DNA of 64,000 bases, taken from assembly GCA_965113315.1 (NCBI GenBank), contig OZ220364.1; one strand, 5' to 3'. Below, in pieces: positions 53,071-64,000 of this stretch. The DNA comes from Podarcis vaucheri. Its lineage: Eukaryota. How positions within the stretch are numbered: the stretch's first letter is position 1; each line of letters begins with the position of its first letter. The notes beneath the pieces are model-generated. The model did not search any database and had not been told where the DNA came from. It worked only from the letters and a program-made list of their open reading frames with translations. Made by a program: the position numbers and the translations under genes.

Positions 53071-53864
53071 ATACATATTTCTACATATACATGCATTTCT
53101 ACATATACATATACATATTTCTTTGTATTTTAAGATTTAAATAAGGAAGTACCGTACTCTGTGCACACACAGTGTAGTATAACTTATACACAAGCATATG
53201 AGCAGGCTGAAAAAGACAACAACAGACAGTTTAACATTCCTGTTTGCTTCTCTAGTGCAGTATTTTAATCCTGCAACTAGATAATTGACATTGGAGAGAG
53301 AGGAGCACACCAATGCTTGAGCTTTCTTCTTTTTATTTGTGTTACTTGACTGTAGGGCCTAGTGGGAACAAATAGGGGCTCATACACACAAAACATGATA
53401 GCACTCTAAAGTGCTAGGCAGGCAGCTACCCAACTAGGGTAGACTTCAATTAGCATGCATTATCCAGGGTTGCAAGAACTCTTCATTTTGGCAAGAGCTC
53501 AGGCATTCATTCTTTGCACTGGGAATTTGCTCATCTCTTTCAGAGACCGTTTAATGAGCTTTATTCAACACAACAATACAGAAAACAACTGTTCATGCTA
53601 GCTCATAAATAGATGGAAAACCAAGATACAACACAACAATTTTTTTGTTTTCATTTCCCCTTAATTATATCCCATTTAACTAAAATTACATCAATAGGTA
53701 GAAAATATTTTGGACGAATGCAGGAAGAAAATATGAATTTAGGTAAAATAAGTATTTAATCCAATTTAGAGAAGCAAACTTTCATGTTATTTATACAGAT
53801 TCCTTTCTACTTATTTTGTCTTTCCCCCCATGTCAATAGCTACAGGGTTAATGTGGTGTAGTTT

Positions 53865-54070
53865 TTAGAATGCCAGGGTAGGCTTGGTGACCCCTGGGTT
53901 CAAATCCCCACTCAGCTTGGAAGTCCATTGAGAAATCTTGAGCAAGTCATTCTCTCTCAGCCAAAACCTCCTTCAGCACAGTAGTTGTGATGATAAAATG
54001 AAGGGGTAGGAGAAGACTCATATAGACCACTTTGAGATTTGTGAAAGAAAGGTGGGATAAAATATATAAA
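53865..54070 (+). mobile_element. Older tRNA-derived SINE
   Basis: tgtggtgtagt...gggttcaaatcccc A/B boxes, aagtcattctctctcagcc core, AT-rich tail. Confidence 0.7.
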
Positions 54071-54092
54071 TAATAAAAATTAAAATAATGTA

Positions 54093-54333
54093 CAGTGGTT
54101 CCTCGAGTTACAAACGCCTCAGGTTACAAACGCTTCAGGTTACAAATGCCACTAACCTGGAAGAGTTACCTCGAGTTGAGAACCTTGCCCCAGAATGAGA
54201 ACGGAAATCGTGTGCCGGTGGTGCAGTGGCAGCAAGAGGCCCTATTAGTGAAAGCACGCCTCTAGTTAAGAACAGTTTCAGGTTAAGAACGGACCTCCGG
54301 AATGAATTAAGTTCATAACTAGAGGTACCACTG
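54093..54333. mobile_element. Tigger/pogo-type MITE
   Basis: TA|cagtggttcctcgagtta ... taactagaggtaccactg|TA; opposite orientation to the copy at 40456. Confidence 0.9.
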
Positions 54334-55154
54334 TATGTTATATAAATACATCCATAATCTAGAAGTCTGAGAAATATATTTTATTTATCAACTTCTTGAG
54401 TAGCCTAAAGTCTTCACGGTACCACATTATTTTTTTATAAGTCCACTATATGATTTCTTTCCAAATTTTATATGGATGATGAGAAAACACCAGTTTTGTA
54501 ATCTAATGAGTGCAGTCATGCCGCAGTACTTTTCTGAAAGATTTCGTTAAGTGATTATAATTCCTTGATCTGCCAATCTGCACATCAAAAGAATCTGCTT
54601 TGTTTAAATACTGTATCTACCAAGATTAATTTAACAGAACAGGTGAGGAAAGATACTCTACAATCTAGTAAATTTTAAATTTGGGGGCCTGTGTTAAAAT
54701 CTCCAACAGCCCCATTTTTATCTAATGCTAGATCAGCAGCTGCTGTGGCAGCAGAATCCCCAGATGAAAGGCAGAAGAGATAAAAGGAAAAAAAGAATGT
54801 TTATTAATTAACTTCAGTTATTTAATGGGCTGCTCTTCCAATTCACTCTATCTAAAATTACTGGCATGTATTATGGTCTGCAGATGGGTTGACTGAGGGT
54901 GTGCATATGGCTGTGAATTTCTAGCACATAGATCATCATTTTGAGCATGTTGAATGACTGGATTCTGGGAATGGAATTGTCCACAGTTGTTTAATACAAA
55001 AAGGAACATAACGTGGTGCATTGCATGAATTGTTGCAATAATTCACATAAAGCTCTGTAAAGATTCACCTATACTTCTTTGTGTATTGGTGATCTGATTT
55101 GAAGAAAAAATACTCCCAAGTAGTAGTCATAGCCATAGTAGTAATATAATGCTT

Positions 55155-55201
<47 letters not shown>

Positions 55202-55300
55202 AATAATAATTTTTATTTATGCCCCGCCCTCCCCAGCCAAGGCCGGGCTCAGAGCGGCTTACAAGCAATAATAAAAACAAGATGAATGATTACAACTTAA
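55155..55300 (-). mobile_element. L2-like LINE 3' tip with (CAA)n(TAA)n microsatellite
   Basis: Trinucleotide run followed by tttatttatgccccgccctccccagcc...ctcagagcggcttaca. Confidence 0.65.
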
Positions 55301-58088
55301 AAACATTAGATATTGATAAAATAATAAAATAAAAAGCATAATAGTATGACAAATTCTTCATGCCACTGGTGCAAAATATCACATTTTAAAATCATCCTAT
55401 GTTTGCCACTCCCCCCTCTCTCTTCATTGCCTATGCAAAAGTTAAAGGAAGGGAACTCTGACACATTTTTTTTCATTGATTATTCTTGGAAAATGAAAAG
55501 GAGACATCGACTCTGCCTCTGTATGCAAAATCGAGCCATTAATTCTTTTTACTATGTTTTATTTAAGATTTGGTGCTACCTTGACCTTGTGTTGGCCTTC
55601 TGTGTATAGAATTAATTGTATAAAGATCAAGTGCTTAGTTTACCTCATTTTAATTCAAAAGTAAACCAATATATCCAACCATTGCTATAAATATAGAAGG
55701 GCAGTGTAAAAAATCTGACAAGTATTGAAGAAGCACATACTTACAAGCATTTTCTTCTAGAGAAGGTGTATAACAGGAACACAGGAAGCTGCCTTATATT
55801 GGGTTAGACCACTGGTTGTTGCACTCACAGAACAATTTCCATTTGAACAATTTCCTCTCCAGACCCCACCCCACCCCTTCAAATCTGCCCTAAGGGTTCC
55901 CCCAACCCCCCAGAGCAGATCTGAGGGTGAGTGGAAGGAGAAAAAGGAGAAGTTCTGTTGTGCAAATAGAAGTTGTTTGCAATTGCAGTGACTTAGTTGG
56001 ATACAACTCTTAGGCCAGTGGGAATTTTTAAGTATGTGCAGAATTAGGCACCCCTGCTGCTGAGGGGTCACCAGGTGCATGGTATACATTGTTAACTAAG
56101 AGGATACCTTTGAAATGTGACTACAAACAATTAATTGATATTGTTGAATTCAAGTATTTTAATATCATTTATTCTACTCCCAAGTAAAGTCAATGGAGGC
56201 TGATCAGATAGAGTGGAGATCAGTAGCCTTCACTGGCACCCCGAGTTGCCAGACTGAGATACCTTCCCCACTCCACCTTTTTTAAGTAAGGGGTTGCCAA
56301 CCCAACTCAAGCAAAGGGACGAGTATAATTATTATTTTTGCTCTGCAGCCAGAGCACTTGCAGTGGTTGGAAGGCCCCTGTCACTTCCATCTCCCCTTGG
56401 CTATGATGTTAACTCCTCCCTTCTTTTCTGGAGGGAAGGATTTCCTTGGGCAATTTTTGCAGGACGAACATGGAGAAGAAAGAATTGGCAAATGTTGAGG
56501 GTGTGGGGGAGTGCTGAGGTTGGTCCACTTCTGTTTTGGCTACCCATGAAGAGAGGAGCTATGAAGGGCTTTGCCTGTCTTGTCTTGGGAAGAGAAGCTT
56601 TCTTGTTGCTGGAGAGGCTTTTTGAAAATCAGGAAGAAGTGTCAGGGCCTCTTTTCCCTCCTCTTTGCTGCCCACATAATAGGGAATTGCTGGGCTAAAT
56701 CCTGTATACCTAGTATGTTATCTCTACTTGCACAGTAATTTTTATAGAAATAGAGTAGCATTCAGAACTGATATCATCATGTGAAGTTTAAAACAGTAAT
56801 CTACTGCTTCTTACCACTGAGTAGCTCACAGCTCAATCTGTCTCAGAAACCAATATACTGTAGCAAATATGGAAGTTCATTTTGCTTATCCCCAGCTTTC
56901 CTGCAGTACTAAAAATTAAGCTGACAAGGTAACAGCCGAGTTAGTCCTTTCCTTTGTTGGTTATTGGAATTAATGGCCTCAGTATTTTTTTCACAGGGTC
57001 TTCAGAACTGGCAGTATGCTTTTGCTCTGTGGGATTATCTTGTTCTGAACAGCTTGTTTAGCACTGATAATAGGTATGTATGTCTACAGAGTTGCCACAG
57101 AGGTGGTAACGTGCCTCTTGGTTTTACAGAACCAACTGGAGAACTTACTGGGAATGAACAACATTGTTGAACTATTGGTTCTGTGATCTCTTTTTGTTTT
57201 GGCAGTGTCTCTTGTCTGTGAGTGCAGACTCAAAACTGATGCCTGAGAAATGTACTTCCGCATTGTGGTTAGCAATTAACATTGTGTTGCCATTTAAACA
57301 CAGCAAAAAAATTCAGAAAGTTGTGAAGTGGCTTCTGATTGCTCCTGCATGACATGACATGTTAGTGTTGTGTTCACTGTTGCTATCTGATGTTGTTCTA
57401 CCCAATTGTGATCCTACTTTGCACCTCCAAGAAATTACAAAGGAACTCCTAAATGTTAAGTAGGAGGCTGTTTGACTGACCCTAGGAAAATGCACGAGGT
57501 ACTGGGTGAAAAGTGCAATATAAAAAAAAATGTATGAAGTCAAATCAAATATTTGTTTGCCTGCTGGTAGCTAGGTGCTGTACATCACAAGACTTCACCA
57601 GTGAAGATCAGTGGTGCTACTAGAATTTGTTAAACTCATTGTGAAGCATCAACCTCATAGCATATGAAGGCTTCTGAAAAACTAGAAGGAAGCAATCCAT
57701 CAAGCAAAGCTGCTGCTGCTCAACTTCCACCATGCAAGTTCAATTTTAAACTAATAGGACTTGTATGAAAATTGAAAGTTCAGTCCATCTTCCCCGGGGC
57801 TCCTAATGGTCTCCTGCCCAGAGACTGATCAGGCTGCTGCTGTGGAAATTTAGATGGCAAGCTTTTTGGATAGGAAACTGTTGTTTTGTCTATATTACTT
57901 TGTAAACCAAAATATACAGTGATATAATAAGAACTCAGCATGGTTTGAGCATTTCTCCAAGCTTACCAACTGAGGTGGCTATGAAAAGATTGCCTTAGAA
58001 GGCCACTCGTAGACCATAGCACTTAGGCTCTTCTACCTCATCTGTGAGACATGATAGGCAAGAACTGAAATATATTGCAATACTGCAG

Positions 58089-58326
58089 AGAAGAGTTTGG
58101 ATTTGATATCCCGCTTTATCACTACCCTAAGGAGTCTCAAAGCGGCTAACAATCTCCTTTCCCTTCCTCCCCCACAACAAACTCTGTGAGGTGAGTGAGG
58201 CTGAGAGACTTCAGAGAAGTGTGACTAGCCCAAGGTCACCCAGCAGCTGCATGTGGAGGAGCGGGGACGCGAACCCGGTTCACCAGATTATGAGTCTACC
58301 ACTCTTAACCACTACACCACACTGGC
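58089..58326 (-). mobile_element. tRNA-derived SINE, copy D
   Basis: Reverse complement of the same family; shares diagnostic positions with copy C. Confidence 0.9.
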
Positions 58327-58393
58327 AGAGGTATTCATCTCTCACACTGACATTTTTTACTTACTTATGCACACATATGTTCTCTTTCACAGA

Positions 58394-59160
58394 TTGTTGT
58401 AGTTTAGTCATTTAGTCATGTCCTACTCTTCGTGACCCCATGGACCAGAGCATGCCAGGCAGTCCTGTCTTCCACTGCCTCCCGTAGTTTGGTCAAACTC
58501 ACGTTGGTAGCTTCGAGAGCACTGTTCAACCATCTTGTCCTCTGTCGTCCCCTTCTCCTTGTGGCCTCCATCTTTCCCAACATCAGGGTCTTTTCCAGGG
58601 AGTCTTCTCTTCTCATGAGGTGGCCAAAGTATTAGAGCCTCAGCTTCACGATCTGTCCTTCCAGTGAGCACTCAGGACTGATTTCCTTAAGAATGAATAG
58701 GTTTGATCTTCTTGCAGTCCATGGGACTCTCAAGAGTCTCCTCCAGCACCATAATTCAAAAGCATCAATTATTCGGCCATCAGCTTTCTTTGTGGTCCAG
58801 CTCTCACTTCCATACATCACTACTGGGAAAACCATAGCTTTAACTATACAGACCTTTGTCGGCAAAGTGATGTCTCTGCTTTTTAAGATGCTGCTAGGTT
58901 TGCCATTGCTTTTCTCCCAAGAAGCAGGCGTCTTTTAATTTCACGACTGTTGTCACAGTCTGCAGTGATCATGGAGCCCAAGAAAGTAAAATCTCTCACT
59001 GCCTCCATTTCTTCCCCTTCTATTTGCCAGGAGGTGATGGGATGGGACCAGTGGCCATGATCTTCGTTTTTTTGATGTTGAGCTTCAGACCATATTTTGC
59101 GCTCTCCTCTTTCACCCTCATTAAAAGGTTCTTTAATTCCTCCTCGCTTTCTGCCATCAG
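58394..59160 (-). mobile_element. BovB (RTE) LINE, 5'-truncated, frameshifted
   Basis: Minus-strand peptides SWQIEGEEMEAVRDFTFLGS, KAMVFPVVMYGSESWT, DAFELWCWRRLLRVPWTARRSN, DSLEKTLMLGK and WHALVHGVTKSRT; (caa) tail. Confidence 0.95.
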
Positions 59161-60592
59161 AAAATATAGGCAGAGTACAAATCTTCAGTGTTGTGCTGTA
59201 AATCAGAAACAAGCCATTAAAGGAAAGTCCAACTCACCTTAGCTTGTAATAGTTTGGTGTTGACATTCTCATCTACTGTCCCCCCCCTTTCTGAATTACC
59301 ATACTTTTGCTGTATACACGTACACACATATATGTCTGTATACAAGTACTTCTTTTAAAAAAAACATTTTTGTGGGTTTAAATGTGCTTTATCAGTAAGT
59401 TTATTCTGTAAACTGCTTAGGGAGTTTTGTGATTAACCAGTATATATATTTTCCTAAATAACATAAATAAATGTCAAGTTGTGAAGAGATGGGAAAAGGG
59501 AAATGACAACCAAAGCATAAGCCAAGAATTGCTTCTAAGCTGCTCTTGTGTTGCTGGTATGCATTATGGGAAGCATAAGGAGGGGGCTTTGTCATGATTT
59601 GGAAGATTCAATTGTTTCATATCCATTATAGTTTCCAGTGTCCCTATCCACAGTGAAAGGTCAGAGCTGTTGTGTTTATCATAGAGACATTTCTTGATTC
59701 ACATCAGGATTTCAGAATGCTCTGACAGACTAGTCCACCACATGACTTAAAGTAGTCTGGCAGTGCAGTGGGTTTTCTGGAAAGAAGAACACCAGTCTGC
59801 ATGTGGCCTTACACAAGGAAATAGAACTACAATACACAATGTAGTCTGAATCCAGATTCTTATTTCTACGAGTTCTGTGCCTTGAAATAAACAGGAGCGT
59901 GCTCCAAAACCTGCATTACAGAAAGCTGGAGTGAAGCATCCAGGAGCCGGGAAGGCTAAATGATTGAAATCCTGAACAGAAACAATTTGTTGCAGTCCCA
60001 CTTGCAATTTTGTAAAGTTCAATAATCCTAACTTTCATCACCTTGGCTCCTCAAGCCAAAAGAAAACTCAACCTCATTATTTACTTTCCTCATAAGGAAG
60101 GGACTCCAACCCCTCAGTCATTTTGGTTTCCCTATTCTGAACCCTATATATCTCTTCAAAGATAAATATATTGAATATATAAAGGCAGACATATACAGAG
60201 GAGAGAGGGGCAGGCAGACACAAAGTGCCTAGGGCTATGTTGTTGAGGTTGGTTTTTATTTAATGCTGTTAGTAGCCTTGTGAATTTTGTAAAGCAGGAC
60301 ACATGTTTTAGGAGAAAAGTATTTGTTTTAACGGCACTGGAATACATGTTGCTTTATTTTCAACATTACGTTCATCATTTTTCAGTGCCACATCATACTG
60401 TGTTGGTGTCTGCAGTGAGCTCTACTGCTTGGATAGCCACGGCCAGCTCAGATGCAACTGTGTGTATGTGGGAAGTTAGGTTTGTTTGGGGATTTTTGGT
60501 CTCAGTATTCTTCACTTAAACACACTGAATCTCATTTGTTTTATCCATTCACCCAATTTGGAAAGGTCATTTTGAAGCTCCTAACGTCACTT

Positions 60593-60771
60593 AGGGAATA
60601 GGCTGTAGCTCAGCAGGTACAGCATATGCTTTGAATGTAAAAGGTCCTAGATTCATTTCCTGGCATGTCCAGGTAGGACCAATGACTGTCTAGAATCATT
60701 GGGAGACACATAGACAGTACTGAACTGGAGGGGTCAATGGGTAGGACTCAGTGTAAGGCAGCTTCCCATGT
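60593..60771 (+). mobile_element. Older tRNA-derived SINE (Squam2-like)
   Basis: gctgtagctcag...aaggtcctagattcatttcctggcat head; 3' end actcagtgtaaggcagcttcccatgtt. Confidence 0.7.
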
Positions 60772-61894
60772 TTTAAATATACTGAGAAAATTGTTGTCAT
60801 CCACAGACTTGAGTGTCTCACTGCTCACCCCTGACTTGAGACAATTATGAACTGGTTGAACATTGTCTGTCTCAATAAAGATTCTTGAAGGACACACTAT
60901 ATCAGCAAAGCAGATGATTCAGGGGATTAAAAGCCTCTCTTGAAACTGAATGTCAAAAGCCACATTTAAAAGTTTTCAGGGGTTGTATTCTGAAATGTTT
61001 GAGTATGTGTGGACTTTCAAAATATTCCCTTTTAAGAGTTACTCTGGTGAAATCTGAATGATCTGAGAAAGAAAAAAGGAACTGTGTAACTGGGCAGATT
61101 TTTCATACGACAAGTTATTATCTTCTCTCTGCTTATGCAAATAAATAAATAAAAACCTGACATCCTCTGAGAATATGAGAAAGTAAGCAGAAAATTCAGC
61201 TCTGATGTTGATGGTTAAACCTGGAATCAGAAGCTTACTGGAAACAGAAATGCATTGCACTTCTTTTATGATGAGAGAACAAGACCTTTTCATAAGTCTA
61301 AAATAAATGAAATACTCTTGCAAAATTAGGTATATGCTTTTCATTTGCAAGAAATAATGGAGGGAGATGCTTTGTCTCCTGTTAATAACTTTACTTCAGT
61401 CTCCATTGTGGAGAATTAATGGACCACCACAGCAAGTTAGGCGAAAGTACTTGATTGTATACAAGAAAATGACAAGAGATTTTCATAGGGTCAGTGTTTA
61501 TTGAATGGAGAGCAGTATGCCTCAGCTTTACATATAGAACCATTCTTGGAAGCATTTAGAAATATTGTGGTTAATATCAAGCAATGTTGAAATTGTTTAT
61601 GCAACCGTTTACCACAGCCATTGTTATCTGTAGCTTTGACATGAATGAGGCGTGTTTAGTTGCCTCGTGTATGTATTTAGAAAAGCATTTATATCCTGCC
61701 TATGGCCTTTATAATTGTAACTATAAAAAACAGACAAGTCAAAAAGAGAAAATACCCTGGAGTCGGAGAGATGGTTACGAAACAATTTTAAAGAATTGAA
61801 ATAGGAGGAAAATGGAGCCCACTTTGAAAGGAAGATGCATGGGGGACCAGTTTGACGCTGGGAAGCAAATAGCTCTTATAGGCCTCAGTGTCGG

Positions 61895-62030
61895 TGTAGC
61901 CGGTGTGGTGCCCTGCAGGTGTTGCTGCTCTACAGTTCCCATCATCCCTGACCATTTCCCATGCTTGCGGAGGCTGATGAAAGTTGAAATCCAGCAATAT
62001 CTGAAGGGCAGCTAAAAGATAGGCTGCTCC
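61895..62030. mobile_element. Degenerate hAT MITE copy
   Basis: gccctgcaggtgttg...ctacagttcccatcatccctgacc...gctgatgaaagttg...atctgaagggc. Confidence 0.6.
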
Positions 62031-64000
62031 AGTGGAAGAAATCAAGAATCTTGCCATGGGGGAGTAGCAGGCAGGAAAGTATCTCTATACCAATTTCACA
62101 CTGTCTTTGTTGGGATGAAGGAGGAAAGGGGGAATTTCTGCCTGTCGGCCTTACAGGCCTGACAGGTATTATGGCAAGCCCTAGCCTAGGCATTTTCCCA
62201 AAGCCAAAGCCATGGTAGGAGTAGCAAGAAAAGGAAGAAATTGGGACTTCTTCCATAACTTGCGACAGATGCAAAGAGCTCTGTGGGCTTGGCACACAGA
62301 AATGTGCACAAGGCAAGGCAACAGACAAAGAATCACTTCACAGAGAGACACAATTTGATTAGAACTTTGATTTGATCGCCATTGAAATCTGGGTAGAGGC
62401 TCTTTGCCAAGCAGCAAGAGTCATATAACAGACATGGAATTCTATTCAGAACAACACAAAGAAGAACACATCTCAAGGGGAATGTGTTGTTGATGTTAGA
62501 ATTAAGTGGGTTGTAACTCTAAGATAAGTTTATATTCAGAAGCAGCAGGGAGGGGAAAATGCAAACCCATCTTAGCTGGTACAGAAAAGAAATGCAAATG
62601 AGATGAAACGAATTTCCTTGAGACATCTAGATTCCCCGTCCCCCCTCCAAAAAAAAAAAAAAAATTGAATGTAGCTCTGATATGGCAAAGTGAATTTTGT
62701 TCCCTCCTCTACCCATGTAAGGGAAACACATTTTTTCTTTTTTCTTTTAAAAAAACAACGATCAGATGTAAGAAATGAAAGAGCGAAGCCAAAACCCTAC
62801 ATTTTACAGCCACATTTGTGGGAGCAATTTGGAAGCGGGTGGTGGACAAAATGGCAACAGCGAGAAGTTCTGTTTCCGGTGATTGGCAGCTGGTAGAAGA
62901 CATCTGGGAATGGTAGTGTGATGATGAGGCATAGCTCCCAGCAGTTTTGGAGTGGGAAATGACAACCACCTGAAGCAGTACTTCTTACTACCACTGTGCT
63001 ACAGGCACGGTGTCCCCTTTTCTCCCTTATATCATCTCATTGGACTTCAGCCAATCTGGTATTCCTGCTAGTGCATTTGTGCCAGTGGCGGATCTTGGAG
63101 TCTCACATTTCAGTGGCACCCTGTGCGATAGGAAAATTCTGCACTCCTCTGCCTCTCACGCTCCATTCTAAAACATAGTTGTGGCATCCCCAATGGTGCC
63201 CCCAAAGCTCTGCCCCCAGTGTGAACGACTATGCCTCTCTCCCTGTCCATCCTAGTATTCTGCACTTACTCAGGTGGCTGGAGAGCTGCTGCTGTTTGGA
63301 AGCCTAAAAGGATGTTTATCTTTGCATACCTGGATGTGGGACAAGGGCTTTAGGTAAAGGAGAAAAACCTTTCCTTGTCCCTTACCTCTACTGATGGTCT
63401 GACTGGGGATGTTTTTGTCTAAGAAAAAGCACGTTTATTAGTTAATGGAAAAATCATTTAATATGTGTGAATAGCTAATTATCTTTTTGCCTTTTATGTT
63501 TTTAATTTTTAATTTTTCTTATTCCCAAGACACTTGCAGCCATTAATAATTTAAGGAGTCTCTGTACAGTTGTGGAGTCTTACCTGGCAGGGGGAATACG
63601 TAGGGTTGTGAGTTTGGCTTTCTGATTACTGTGAATGGATCTATCACTTTGTTTTTGCCTGAAGTATCACCTGATTGAGGCCTGCGTTTGACAAAAGAAC
63701 TTGAATGTTCCATTAAGGGCTGTGGATGTCTCCTGAATGGGTTATTCACCTGCAAGAGCACAGACTCAGCCCAGTGCTGTTTCAGTGTAGATTTCTGTGA
63801 GATCATATAAAAGCAGTTTCAAGTTTGGAGATGGGGGGAAATGGTAGTTGATTAAACTTGAATCGTTTTAGGGTTCAGTGTTCCTTGTGCCCTCCCTTTC
63901 TCAGTGGAGATCTGTCTATCAACATGAAATTATTTTTATTTATTTAGAATAATTTTTAATTTAGATCCCTAAGATGTGTATAGAAAAACAAAACAAAAGA

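Noticed and set aside
10200-64000. Next SPOCK1 exon (LDPSKDPCLKVKCSPHKVC)
   Set aside because: Not found by eye; gatccctg-type seeds (e.g. 15731, 26421) do not continue in frame. It probably lies beyond the window; tblastn would confirm.

Overview
Vertebrate genomic DNA, AT-rich and dense in repeats. The repeat families (Sauria SINE, Squam-type tRNA SINEs, BovB, Penelope) point to a squamate, probably a lacertid lizard (inference). The window lies inside the SPOCK1 (testican-1) gene on the + strand. Only 55 coding bases are supportable: a 9-nt EVE microexon (5307-5315) and the 46-nt exon encoding DDYFRNWNPNKPFDQ (10154-10199). Everything else is intron; the next exon (ALDPSKDPCLKVKC...) was not found. 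None of the ORFs in the supplied track is a host gene: they are chance ORFs or transposon remnants. The most notable items are (1) a perfect 116-bp-arm palindrome from a Penelope-like element carrying two mirror-image minimal hammerhead-ribozyme motifs, (2) a second Penelope remnant with a well-formed hammerhead, (3) the microexon with neural-type UGC and UGCAUG motifs, (4) a ~98% identical inverted SINE pair, and (5) several nested insertions with readable target-site duplications (TSDs). I cannot support a wholly new biological system; the candidates are unusual local instances of known classes. Family names come from recalled consensus motifs, not from a database search.
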